Assembly (NCBI GenBank): GCA_965203905.1
Contig: CBDBDQ010000005.1
Coordinates: 2,688,001-2,752,000 of the forward strand
Source: Spirochaetia bacterium
GTDB lineage: Bacteria > Spirochaetota > Spirochaetia > SZUA-6 > Bin103
Length of the DNA: 64,000 bases
Direction of reading: 5' to 3'
Part shown: one piece after another, positions 48,151-57,670 of the stretch
Position numbering within the stretch: the first letter of the stretch is position 1
Layout: each line of letters begins with the position of its first letter
Made by a program: the position numbers and the translations under genes
Notes under the pieces: model-generated
Seen by the model: the letters and a program-made list of their open reading frames with translations, nothing else
Database searches by the model: none
What the model was told of the DNA's origin: nothing

Positions 48151-49200
48151 TTAACCCGCGAGAGGTACCGGCGCCCCGCTCTCGAGGCTGCGATAGATCG
48201 CCGCCACCAGCTCCACGGCCTTCTTCGACTCAGGGCCGTTGGTCAGGGGGACGGCGCCGGTACGCAGGCAGTCGATGAAGTGCCCCCACATCGCCACCCA
48301 TTCCCCCGGGTTGTCCACCTTGAGTTCCCGCGTATGCGGCAGTGCCGGGTCGTCGGACGGAGAGGCGAGGATCAGCGTCTCGTAATCCATCACGTACAGG
48401 CTGCCACGCTTGCCGAACAGCGACAGGCCCTCGTTGTGGCGGATGCGCGCCGGCGGCGACCGGAACGCCGCCCAGTTGCAGAAGAACTCGGCGATCTCGC
48501 CGCCGGTGAACTTGAAGACCGCCGTGCACACCACCTCCGACTCCAGCCGGGCCGGGTCGGTCGCCGAGTAGGCGAACACTTCGGCCGGTGTTCCGAGGTA
48601 CCAGGACAGCAGATCGAGCTGATGGATGCCGGTATCCATGACGCAGCCGCCACCGATCAGCTCGCGCGAGCGGCGCCAGCCGCCGGGAGGATTGACGTAG
48701 TTGGAGTAGTGGTCGACGTGCAGCGCGATCACCTCGCCGAGCACGCCTTCGTCGAGCAGCCGCCTGGCCTCGCGGAACACCGGCGAGTAGCGGTCGGAGT
48801 GGGCGATCATCAGTATCACGCCCGCCTGTCGCGCCGCCGCGATCACCTCGTCCGCCTCGGCGGGGGTGCGCGCGATCGGCTTCTCCAGCAGGATGTGCTT
48901 GCCTGCCGCCGCCGCCTGCCGGCACCCCTCCAGGTGCAGGTGGTTGGGCAGCGCCAGCAGCACGGCGTCGATGGCCGGGTCTGCCAGCAGCGCGCCGGCG
49001 TCGCGGTAGGCGTCCGCGCGCTGCAGCGCGGGATCGGCCGCGCGGCCGCGTTCCAGTGCGCCGGGATCGGGGTCGCAGATCGCCCGGATCGCAACCTGGT
49101 CGGCGTGGGCGCGGAGTGCCGCCACGTGCCGGTTGCGGGCGATGCTGCCCATGCCGATCATGCCTACCTGGATCTTCTCCTTGCTCATGGGTCGTGCCAT
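48151..49200 (-). CDS. Gfo/Idh/MocA family oxidoreductase
   Basis: IGMGSIA, GKHILLEKP, GGGCVMDTGIHQLD. Confidence 0.9.
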   Translation of the reverse strand: MARPMSKEKIQVGMIGMGSIARNRHVAALRAHADQVAIRAICDPDPGALERGRAADPALQRADAYRDAGALLADPAIDAVLLALPNHLHLEGCRQAAAAGKHILLEKPIARTPAEADEVIAAARQAGVILMIAHSDRYSPVFREARRLLDEGVLGEVIALHVDHYSNYVNPPGGWRRSRELIGGGCVMDTGIHQLDLLSWYLGTPAEVFAYSATDPARLESEVVCTAVFKFTGGEIAEFFCNWAAFRSPPARIRHNEGLSLFGKRGSLYVMDYETLILASPSDDPALPHTRELKVDNPGEWVAMWGHFIDCLRTGAVPLTNGPESKKAVELVAAIYRSLESGAPVPLAG

Positions 49201-49453
49201 CTACCGGACGCCGGCAGCGGACTCATCCCCGTCCGCCACGCCGCGCACCGCGAACCCGACGGCGTGGGCGGCCGTCCCCAACTGCCCGTCGTGAGTAAGA
49301 GACCGTCATCGCCGTCTGCGGTCGGCCAGCAGCACGGCTACCCCTGGAATCGACCTGCCGGATGGCAAGCGGTCGAGCCGGGCAAGCGCCTCGGGCGGGT
49401 CGGTCGGCTCGTCGATGAGCACTGCGCGGCGGTCACCCGAGCGCGCCGGCATG

Positions 49454-50320
49454 TCAGTGTGCGCCGGCACGGTCGAGCACTTCCCTCGTGCTGGCGTACA
49501 CGACGCCGAGCGCCTGCTCCAGAGGCATCGCCTTCAGCCGCGTGGCGGCGGGCTCGAACGGCTCCACCCACACCGGGCCGGCGTAGCCCAGCTCATGCAG
49601 GACGCGAATCGCCGCCACGCTGTCGATGACGCCGGTAGCCAGCGGCAACTCACGCTCCAGGTCCTCCTGCTGGTCGCGGGAGCGGCCCTTCCAGCCGTCG
49701 TTGAGGTGGACGCCGACCACGCGATCGCCGCTGCCCAGCAGCCTGATCTCTTCGAGGGTGGTGCCGGACGTATACCAATGGTAGGTATCGAACTGCACGC
49801 CCACCTCCGGAGAGATGGCATCGGCCAGCGTCAGGATCTCCTGCAGCGTCCAGATGAACGGGTAGCGGAACGAGTCGCGCAGCGGCTTCGGCCCGATGAA
49901 CTCCACGCCCGCCTGCAGGCCGTGCGCGCGGGCGGCCGCGAACACCTTGCCGAAGCGCTCCACGCACCAGGCGAAGTTGTCGTCCGGCGCGCGTTCGTTG
50001 CTGCCGGGCCAGATGTGGTTGTAGTAGCGCCGCACGCCGCCCGTCTGGGCCAGGTCCATCTGCCGTTGCAGCCGCTCCAGGTCGGCCGCAAACTCCGCGT
50101 CCGAGCACTCGCGCATCATGTCGAGGTCCATCGGCATGGTCGACCACTGCAGGCCGTGGTCCCTTACCTGGGCGGTGGCCGCCCGCGCCTGTGCCGCGGT
50201 GCTGATTTCCCAGAGCGGGAACGTCACCGTGTCGAAGCCGCATTGCTGCGCCGGCGGCAGCAACGTCGCCAGCGGCACCCGGCCGAGTCCCGACTGGTTG
50301 GTGTCGAGGTTGATCTGCAT
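49454..50320 (-). CDS. Sugar phosphate isomerase/epimerase family protein
   Basis: GVEFIGPK, FDTYHWY, VHLND, RELP..TGVID, VEPF. Confidence 0.85.
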   Translation of the reverse strand: MQINLDTNQSGLGRVPLATLLPPAQQCGFDTVTFPLWEISTAAQARAATAQVRDHGLQWSTMPMDLDMMRECSDAEFAADLERLQRQMDLAQTGGVRRYYNHIWPGSNERAPDDNFAWCVERFGKVFAAARAHGLQAGVEFIGPKPLRDSFRYPFIWTLQEILTLADAISPEVGVQFDTYHWYTSGTTLEEIRLLGSGDRVVGVHLNDGWKGRSRDQQEDLERELPLATGVIDSVAAIRVLHELGYAGPVWVEPFEPAATRLKAMPLEQALGVVYASTREVLDRAGAH

Positions 50321-50327
50321 GGTCGCC

Positions 50328-51170
50328 TCAGCCGCGGTGGCCTTGGCCAAGATGGCCTTGGAGGAACCGAATGCTGGCCTCGACCTGGCTCTCGTCGAGG
50401 CCGTGGAGCAGGATCGGGCCGCGGTAACCGGATCGCTTCAGCTCGCCCAGGTAGTGGCCGAAGTCGAGCCGTCCGGTGCCGGCCGCGGCGTGGCCGGCGT
50501 CGCCGTCCTGCTCGATGTCCTTGGCGTGGGCGAGGGCGATGTCGTTGCCGAGCAGAGCGATCGCTTCGGTAAGTATCTCGTGCTGTCTGGCCAGCTCTCC
50601 CCGGTGATAGATGTTGGCTCCATCGAACACCACCTTCAGGCGCGGCGTCTGCAGTTCGTCAAGGAGCTGGCGTGCCTTCCTGGCTGTGTGAACGACGTTG
50701 TTGACCTCCGGCTCGAACACCAGGGTGATGTCACTCTCCTCGGCAACCTCGACACACGCCGCCATCGAGCTGAGCAGGTCGGCCCAGGCGTCGGCATCGT
50801 CGTTGGCGTCGTGCCAGGTCCACATATTGTGCGGATCCCGACTCCCCGTGCAGAGCGCAACCTTGTCGGCGCCATGCGCCCGAGCGGCGCGAATCAGTCC
50901 GAACAGTCGTCCCAGCGCTGCTTCGCGCCGCGCCGGATCGGGGTCGACCAGGTTGGTGTAGCCGGCCACCGAGTCGACCGTGATCCCCCGGTCTGCGGCC
51001 GCCGTGCGGATGCGCTCGGCCAGCCCGTAATTGACCGCGTCGGGCACTTCCTGCATGCCGATGGCGGTGTAGTTCCACTCCGTGTTCTGCAGACCGTGGG
51101 CCTTGATCGCGTCGAACACCTCTTCGACGGTCGGGCGCACGAACGTGTACGCGAAAATGCCGAGCTGCAT
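50328..51170 (-). CDS. Sugar phosphate isomerase/epimerase family protein
   Basis: LCTGSRD, FEPEVNNVV, FDGAN, AHAKD, AAGTGRLD. Confidence 0.85.
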   Translation of the reverse strand: MQLGIFAYTFVRPTVEEVFDAIKAHGLQNTEWNYTAIGMQEVPDAVNYGLAERIRTAAADRGITVDSVAGYTNLVDPDPARREAALGRLFGLIRAARAHGADKVALCTGSRDPHNMWTWHDANDDADAWADLLSSMAACVEVAEESDITLVFEPEVNNVVHTARKARQLLDELQTPRLKVVFDGANIYHRGELARQHEILTEAIALLGNDIALAHAKDIEQDGDAGHAAAGTGRLDFGHYLGELKRSGYRGPILLHGLDESQVEASIRFLQGHLGQGHRG

Positions 51171-51194
51171 CGATGGCTCTCCGAGTTCTTTCGT

Positions 51195-52250
51195 TTACAG
51201 GACTCCGGGATCGACCGGCAGCCAGGACCGTTCAGCCGCCGCCCGCGAGATGACCTCCATCACGTAGCTGGCGTACGCGGCCTCGCGGGCGCTCACCAAG
51301 TGACTCCGCTCACCGTGGACGACGGCGTCGATGAACTGCTCCAGCGGCCGCGGCATCGGCGCCGGCAGGTCGCTCCACGGCTCCTTACCGGTGGCTCCGT
51401 CAACGCTCGGCGACAACAGAAACAGCTCGTTGTCCCAGTCGTTCTGGCGCATGCCGGGAGCGTTGCGCATCACGGCGTGTCCCTTCGATCCGCTGATGAG
51501 CAGCGACGTGGGCTCCACCAAATCCACCCAGCTCGCCGCGAGAGTGGCGATGGTGCCGTTGTCGAAGCGCAGGATCGCCTCGCCGCACTCCTCACCCTGC
51601 GGGTAGCGCCCGAGGGGACGGGAGAAGGTGGCGGTCACCGCCTCCAACCGGGCGGTATCGCCCATCAGGAACAGCAGCAGGTCCAGCTTGTGGGTGCCCA
51701 GATCGCCAAACGCCCCGACGCCCGCCTGGCGCGGGTCGGTCATCCACCTCCAATCCGATTGGAACACGTCATTGATTGCCGCGGGGGTGCCGAACACCAG
51801 CCGGATACGACTCATCTTGCCGAACGCGCCCTGAGCGATCAGGCGCTTGAGCAACCGGTGCGCCGGGATGGTGCGGTTGAAATACCCCATGTGGAAGATC
51901 ACGCCCGCGGCTTCCAGCGCCTGCATCATGTTGCGGGCGTCGGCCAGTCCGATGCCCAGCGGTTTCTCGACGAAGCAGTGCTTGTCGGCACGGGTAATCT
52001 GCCGCACCAGCGATTCGTGGCGATTGGTCTGAGACAGCACGATCACGGCGTCCAGATCCGGCATGCCGAGGACGGTCGCGACATCGGCGGCTGCACGGCA
52101 CTGCAACCTCGCCGCGTACTTCTCAGCAATGGCCGGATCGGGATCCCAGACTGCCGCCACCGATACATCGGCACGGGCGGCGAGCACTTCGATGAACCCG
52201 GGCGTGTGGATGTGGCTCGCCCCGAGCAGTGCCAGCTTCTTCATAATCAT
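51195..52250 (-). CDS. Gfo/Idh/MocA family oxidoreductase
   Basis: LLGASHIH, KHCFVEKP, GVGAFGDLGTHKLD. Confidence 0.88.
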   Translation of the reverse strand: MIMKKLALLGASHIHTPGFIEVLAARADVSVAAVWDPDPAIAEKYAARLQCRAAADVATVLGMPDLDAVIVLSQTNRHESLVRQITRADKHCFVEKPLGIGLADARNMMQALEAAGVIFHMGYFNRTIPAHRLLKRLIAQGAFGKMSRIRLVFGTPAAINDVFQSDWRWMTDPRQAGVGAFGDLGTHKLDLLLFLMGDTARLEAVTATFSRPLGRYPQGEECGEAILRFDNGTIATLAASWVDLVEPTSLLISGSKGHAVMRNAPGMRQNDWDNELFLLSPSVDGATGKEPWSDLPAPMPRPLEQFIDAVVHGERSHLVSAREAAYASYVMEVISRAAAERSWLPVDPGVL

Positions 52251-52320
52251 GTGCGTCAGGAAAGCGTCATGGTCGCCTCGCACCAGCGCGATGTCAAGGC
52301 GGTTTGCTCACTCTACTCAC

Positions 52321-52360
52321 TCACTGACCGCGAGGAGTAGCCCGAGCTCATCTCCAGGGT
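52321..52360 (+). repeat. 40 bp dispersed repeat, GTAG-REP-like (copy A)
   Basis: 37/40 identical to 58641-58680; GTAG followed by the imperfect palindrome CCCGAG-ctcat-CTCCAGGG. Confidence 0.75.
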
Positions 52361-52364
52361 ACGG

Positions 52365-53603
52365 TCAGCGGGGTGCGGCGCCGGGTGCGACCGTTGCGAG
52401 TGGGTCGCCGGCCGCGTCGAGCGCGGAATCGCGGCCCCGCGCCGCGGCGGAACGTCGCGGCAGGTCGGCCTGCGACAGCACCGGCGGGTGCGCGGTCGGC
52501 GGCAGGGGCGTGTCGTACTGGTAGCCGGGTTCACGCTGCTGCCGCTGCCAGATGGCCAGGATCTCGCGCCACGCGCCCAGGAGCGAGCGCGGCTTGGGCA
52601 CGTCGTCCCGGATCACCCGGTACAGCCTGGCGAGGTTGTAGCAGGGTACGCCGGCGTACATGTGGTGCTCGGTGTGCCAGTTCATGCTCCAGTACAGGAA
52701 CTCCGAGATCGGGTCGAGGGTGTTGCTGCGCACGCACAGGCGGAAGTCGGGCACGTTGTCGCGCAGGCCGGCGTGCATCGGCCCGCCCACCAGCCAGCGC
52801 AGCCAGTGGCCGATCGCCAGGTGTGCGGTCAACAGCAGGGCCAGGATCGGTACGTTCAGGGCGATCGGGAGCGCGATCGCGGCCGCCAGGGAGAGCAGGA
52901 TGAAGCGCGCCGCCCACACCGCCCGGCGCCGCATCACCGGCGCGTCGTGGTAGATCGCCCGCATCCACTCGCCGTCCCAGTCGCCGCCGGCGCCGGTGGC
53001 GGCCGGGTATCGGTTCAGCGCAGTGATCACGTGCAGGCGCAGCACCGGCCACAGCCCGGCCGACTGGTAGCCGCCGGTAATGTTGACGGTGAACAGCTGC
53101 AGCAGGTAGAGGAACCGATAGGCGGGGTTCTGCGGCAGGACCACCTCGCGGTCCCCTTCCGGATGGAGCGTGTAGCGGTGGTGGTAACTGTGACTTACCT
53201 TGAAGTCGTAGATGTTGACGAACCCGAACAGGCAGAACACGCGCATGAACAGCCCGTTCAGCCACTTGCTCCGAAACACCGTGCCGTGTCCGAGTTCGTG
53301 GATCGCCGCCCCCTTGAAGAAGGAGCCCACCACGCCGTGCGCCATCAGCGCCACCGCGAACAGCGGCCACAGCTTCGCCGCGAACAGCAGCCACGCCAGC
53401 GTGCCGGTCGCGCCCCACAGCAGCAGGTGGCCGACGCTGTGCAGGCCGCCGCGCCAGTCGCTGCGCCGCATCAGCTCGCGCAGCAGCGCCGGGTCCACCG
53501 GTGACCGGTACCACTTGACGCGAAAGTCGCGCCGCACCTCCGCCAGCGGCCGGAAGTCGCCGGCCGCGGTTCCCGCCGTCCCGTTGCCCGTGTGCGTGGC
53601 CAT
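52365..53603 (-). CDS. Fatty acid desaturase family membrane di-iron protein
   Basis: His boxes HELGH, HSYHH, HTEHH. True start near 53603; the rest of the 927 aa ORF is shadow frame. Confidence 0.88.
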   Translation of the reverse strand: MATHTGNGTAGTAAGDFRPLAEVRRDFRVKWYRSPVDPALLRELMRRSDWRGGLHSVGHLLLWGATGTLAWLLFAAKLWPLFAVALMAHGVVGSFFKGAAIHELGHGTVFRSKWLNGLFMRVFCLFGFVNIYDFKVSHSYHHRYTLHPEGDREVVLPQNPAYRFLYLLQLFTVNITGGYQSAGLWPVLRLHVITALNRYPAATGAGGDWDGEWMRAIYHDAPVMRRRAVWAARFILLSLAAAIALPIALNVPILALLLTAHLAIGHWLRWLVGGPMHAGLRDNVPDFRLCVRSNTLDPISEFLYWSMNWHTEHHMYAGVPCYNLARLYRVIRDDVPKPRSLLGAWREILAIWQRQQREPGYQYDTPLPPTAHPPVLSQADLPRRSAAARGRDSALDAAGDPLATVAPGAAPR

Positions 53604-53731
53604 CGTCGCGCCGTCTACTGATACACCCATCGCCTGCGATTGGCTACCCCGCCGTGCCGCGTCCGACTTCTCCCCTGCACGTGCGGTCGAGCGGCACGCT
53701 CGCCCCGGTCGGGCTACAGTGCGGGCGGTCG

Positions 53732-54649
53732 TCAGCCCTGGTCGAAGCGGCCGGCGCCGCCGCGCAGGCGAGGGTCGAGCAGGTCGCGCAGCGCGTCGCC
53801 GAAGATGTTGATCGCGAACACCACGATCGCCAGGCACAATCCGGGCCACAAGGCCAGCGCGGGGGCCACCTCCATGTACTTGCGCCCCTCGGCGCTGAGC
53901 ATGCCGCCCCAGGTCGGCTGCGGCGGCGGAATGCCGAATCCCAGGAAGCTGACCGTCGCTTCGCCGATGATCGCCGAGCCGAGGGTGATGGTGAACAGGA
54001 TGATGTTCGGGGCGATGGTCTGCGGCAGCACGTGCTGGGCCAGGATGCGCATCGGTCTGGCACCGGTGGCGCGCGCCGCCTCGACGTACGCGTTTTCCCG
54101 GACGCTCAGCACCACGCTGCGGATGGTGCGCACGTTGGCGACCCCCCACGGCACGCCGATCACCACGGCGATCGACAGGATGCTCGGACCCAGCAGCAGC
54201 ATCGCCGTCAGCACCAGGAACAGCCACGGGAAGCTCATCAGCGCGTCGACGAAGCGCTGCAGCACGAGGTCGAACGTGCCGCCCCAGTAGCCGGAGGTCA
54301 CCCCGAGCAGGGTGGCGGTGAGGACGGTGACCGTGCTCGCCAGCAGACCGACGACCATCGAGATGCGGGCGCCGTGGATGATGCGGCTCAGCGAGTCGCG
54401 GCCGAACTGATCGGTGCCGAGCAGGAACTCGGCGGACGGTCCCTCCAGGCGCCGCGGTACGTCCTGGTCGGCGTAGTCGTGCGGGGCCAACTGGTTGGCG
54501 AACACGCCGGTAAGCAGGAACAGCAGCACCACGATCAGTCCCGCGGCGCCGAGCGGCTTCTCCTGGAACAACCTCCTGAACAGGGTGAGGATCCTCCGTC
54601 TCGCCGCGGTCGCCGTGGCAGCTTGCTCGGACTCGTACGTTGCCGCCAT
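53732..54649 (-). CDS. Peptide/nickel ABC permease (DppC-like)
   Basis: LGTDQFGRD, YVEAARATGA, SFLGFG, GDALRDLLDPRLR. Confidence 0.92.
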   Translation of the reverse strand: MAATYESEQAATATAARRRILTLFRRLFQEKPLGAAGLIVVLLFLLTGVFANQLAPHDYADQDVPRRLEGPSAEFLLGTDQFGRDSLSRIIHGARISMVVGLLASTVTVLTATLLGVTSGYWGGTFDLVLQRFVDALMSFPWLFLVLTAMLLLGPSILSIAVVIGVPWGVANVRTIRSVVLSVRENAYVEAARATGARPMRILAQHVLPQTIAPNIILFTITLGSAIIGEATVSFLGFGIPPPQPTWGGMLSAEGRKYMEVAPALALWPGLCLAIVVFAINIFGDALRDLLDPRLRGGAGRFDQG

Positions 54650-54676
54650 GAGAGTACCTGCTCCGTCCCCGCCCAA

Positions 54677-55633
54677 TCAGCGGTAGCGAATGCGCGGATC
54701 GAGCCACGCGTAACTGACGTCGATGATCAGGTTCACGAACAGGATGAACGTGGCGGCGATCAGGTTGAGGCCCGAGACGATCGTGTAGTCGCGCTTCTCC
54801 ATCGCCTGCACCATGATGCCGCCGATGCCCGGCAGGTTGAAGATCGACTCCACCACCACCGCTCCGCCCACCAGCACCGGAAGCTGCAGGCCGATCATCG
54901 TCAGCACCGGGATGAGCGCGTTCTTCAGCGCGTGGCGCACGATCACCATCCGCTCCTTCAGTCCCTTTGCCCAGGCGGTCCTGATGTAGTCCTGTCGCAG
55001 CACCTCCAGCATCATGTTGCGGGTCAGGCGCATGGTGATTCCGGACAGCCACATGCCGAGAATGAAGGCCGGAATCACCACCATGATCGTGTGCGCCACG
55101 GGCTTGGCCGTGAACGGGATCCATGACAGGCGGGGCGCCCAGCCCCACCAGATCGGTGGATAGATCAGCACCATGGTGCCGATCCAGAAGCTTGGAACGC
55201 AGATGAAGGTTATGGCAATGGCGCGCAGCACGTGGTCGGTGAGGCTGTCCGGCCGGATCCCGGAATAGATCGCGACCGGAAGTGCGAGCAGCAATGAGAA
55301 CACCAGGGCCAGCGTGCCCACCTCCAGGGAGACCGGGAGCCCGATCACGATCTGCTGCGTCACCGGCAGCTTGGACCAGAACGACGTGCCCAGGTCGCCG
55401 CGCATCACCCCGGCCATCCAGCGCCCGTACTGGACGTGGATCGGCTGATCCAGCCCCAGCTCGCGGCGCAGCACCACGCGCGGGTCCTCGTCGCCGGTCT
55501 TGTAGGGGGTGAGCGTCACCATGATGTCCACCGCATCGCCGGGGATGAACCGCAACCCGGCGAACACGATCAGGGTGATGATCAGCAGGGTGGGGACGAC
55601 CAGGAGCAACCGCCGCAAGATGTACGCGTGCAT
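54677..55633 (-). CDS. Peptide/nickel ABC permease (DppB-like)
   Basis: LGLDQP, PSFWIG, DYIRTAWAKGL, HALKNA, LDPRIRY. Confidence 0.92.
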   Translation of the reverse strand: MHAYILRRLLLVVPTLLIITLIVFAGLRFIPGDAVDIMVTLTPYKTGDEDPRVVLRRELGLDQPIHVQYGRWMAGVMRGDLGTSFWSKLPVTQQIVIGLPVSLEVGTLALVFSLLLALPVAIYSGIRPDSLTDHVLRAIAITFICVPSFWIGTMVLIYPPIWWGWAPRLSWIPFTAKPVAHTIMVVIPAFILGMWLSGITMRLTRNMMLEVLRQDYIRTAWAKGLKERMVIVRHALKNALIPVLTMIGLQLPVLVGGAVVVESIFNLPGIGGIMVQAMEKRDYTIVSGLNLIAATFILFVNLIIDVSYAWLDPRIRYR

Positions 55634-55645
55634 GACTACCAAATA

Positions 55646-55676
55646 GAGAGGCCGGGCCGAAGCGGCCCGGCCTCTC
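55646..55676 (-). terminator. Intercistronic hairpin after the SBP gene (leaky terminator or mRNA stabiliser)
   Basis: gagaggccgggccg-aag-cggcccggcctctc, perfect 14 bp stem, followed on the minus strand by TATTT. Confidence 0.7.
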
Positions 55677-55712
55677 CGGTTGACGTTACTGACTTACCTG
55701 GGTGCTGGCCTC

Positions 55713-57539
55713 CTAATCTTCGCAGGCGCGTCCGGTGCTGGACCGCTTCGCATCGCAGTCCACCCACCACCACTTGCTGATGTTGGCCTGCGAGATCAGA
55801 TCGCCGACGGCGCCGCCAAAACCCTTCACCCACGGCTGCCAGTAGATGTGCTGCTCCACCGTGACGCCGGCGATGTGCCACGCTTCCTCCAGGGTGTGCA
55901 GGTACAACTCCGTCCACAATTCGCGGTAGGTCTCGGGGTCTTCCGCTGTCTTGGCGGCATCGATCAGCTCCATCTGCCGCTCCGCCGCCGCCCGGTTCTC
56001 CGGCGTGACGTTGTCACCGAGCGGGTTGCCGTACCACACCAGCGACGCGCGCGGATCGTGGTGAAAGTTCATCGTACCCATCAGGCCGATCTGCGGCGCT
56101 CCGGCGTCGATGAAGGTGAGCCCGGTGAAGCGCGGGTCGGGGTTCGGGCCCAGCGAGGCGGAGTAGTAGGCCGCCGACTCCATCAGGTCCAGCTCCGCAT
56201 TGATGCCGACTTCTCGCAGGTAGCCGGCGAACAGCTCGACATCCTCCGACACCGAGTGCATCGCCAGGATCGTGGTGTCGAAGCCGTCCGGGTAGCCGGC
56301 CTCGGCCAGCAGTGCGCGCGCCTTGTCCGGGTGGTACTCGTACAGCTCCGCCAGGTCGTCGCGCCCCATCGCCTTCAGTTCGTCGTAGCCGACGTAGTTG
56401 TCGCCGTGCAGCGACTGCGCGGGGTAACCGCCCGGGTAGGCGAGCCCGTAGTAGAACGAGTCCACCATCTCCTGGTGGTTGACCGCCAGCATCGCCGCGT
56501 AGCGCACGCGCTTGTCGGCCCACGGCGAATCGGCGATGTTGAGATTCACGTTGAAGCCGCGCAGCAGCGCCCCCTGCGGGACGTGCCCCAGCTCGGGGTT
56601 GGTACGCTCCAGCGACGACACGTCCTCCGGCTGCAGGCCGTGAAACCCGAACACGTCGAGCTGGCCGCTGCGCAGCGCCGCAATGGTGATCGCCGGGTCG
56701 TCAGCGGTTGGAGTCATCGTCTTGGTGTCCAGGTAGGGCACGCTGTTTTCCGGAATGAACGGGTCGACGTCCCAATAGTTGGGGTTCTTCTTCAGCTTGG
56801 TGGTCACGCCGGGCACGTGGTCGGTTGGGATCCACGGACCCGTTCCCAGGGCATCCTGCCAGTCGTTGGGATTGACGCCCTCGGTGTTGTGCATCGCCGG
56901 ATGCGACCAGCTTATGCGGGACAGGGTGACGACGAACCAACTGGTGGCGTCCGGCTCCGGGAACTTGACGTCGATGACCCAGGGATCGTCCGCACGCACG
57001 CTCCATTGCCAATCCCGGTCGGCCGCAGCAGCGCCCACGACCGCCGCGTCGGCGTTCCAGCGGTCCACCAGGTCCTGAGCGGTCAGCTCCTTGCCGTAGT
57101 ATTCGGCCAGCGCCGGGTTGGGGCGTGCCACGTCCTCGGCCCGCCACCAGTGCACACCCTGGCGGACGCGGAACACGGCGCTCTCGATGTCCGGAAACTC
57201 CCACGATGCGAGCAACTGCGGCATCTGCTTCTTGATGTCGATGAACCAGAAGTTGGGGTACGCTTCCTCGCCGGTGCCGCGCGGGCCCTTCAGATAGTCG
57301 ACCACGTAGGCAAGGTCGTAGAACGAGCCGAATGCCACGCTGTCGCGGTTGCCGTCGATCGGATCGAGCGGCGACGCACCCTGGCGCTGCGCCATGTTCA
57401 GGTTGCCGCCGTACACCGGTACGGTGTCGATGTCCGACGCGGCAGCGGCCTCCTCTTCGCCCGTTGCCCACAACGCAACTGTTGCCAATGGAACGACGAG
57501 CAGCGCAACGAACGCCGTTCTGGCCGAGTAGTAATTCAT
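55713..57539 (-). CDS. Family 5 ABC substrate-binding protein
   Basis: Signal peptide ...LWATGEEEAAAA; YGGNL, LTAQD, GTGPW, DKRVRYA, LLAEAGYPDGF; SD AAGGAGG. Confidence 0.88.
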   Translation of the reverse strand: MNYYSARTAFVALLVVPLATVALWATGEEEAAAASDIDTVPVYGGNLNMAQRQGASPLDPIDGNRDSVAFGSFYDLAYVVDYLKGPRGTGEEAYPNFWFIDIKKQMPQLLASWEFPDIESAVFRVRQGVHWWRAEDVARPNPALAEYYGKELTAQDLVDRWNADAAVVGAAAADRDWQWSVRADDPWVIDVKFPEPDATSWFVVTLSRISWSHPAMHNTEGVNPNDWQDALGTGPWIPTDHVPGVTTKLKKNPNYWDVDPFIPENSVPYLDTKTMTPTADDPAITIAALRSGQLDVFGFHGLQPEDVSSLERTNPELGHVPQGALLRGFNVNLNIADSPWADKRVRYAAMLAVNHQEMVDSFYYGLAYPGGYPAQSLHGDNYVGYDELKAMGRDDLAELYEYHPDKARALLAEAGYPDGFDTTILAMHSVSEDVELFAGYLREVGINAELDLMESAAYYSASLGPNPDPRFTGLTFIDAGAPQIGLMGTMNFHHDPRASLVWYGNPLGDNVTPENRAAAERQMELIDAAKTAEDPETYRELWTELYLHTLEEAWHIAGVTVEQHIYWQPWVKGFGGAVGDLISQANISKWWWVDCDAKRSSTGRACED

Positions 57540-57670
57540 CACTACCTCCTTCAGTCGATGAATGGACCGCACGAAACTCGCGCGGTATGGGCCATCTTAC
57601 TGCGCCGGTCCCACCTGCTCAACGAGGCCGGCCGGCCGGCGCCCGCCTGGTTCGCTATACTCACGCCACG

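Noticed and set aside
49201-49453. Possible small ORF between the isomerase and Gfo genes
   Set aside because: 48 aa, no motif or SD; indistinguishable from spacer or decayed DNA.
52365-55148. 927 aa apparent fusion of ABC region and desaturase
   Set aside because: The first ~515 aa are an off-frame read-through of dppB/dppC; the desaturase starts near 53603.
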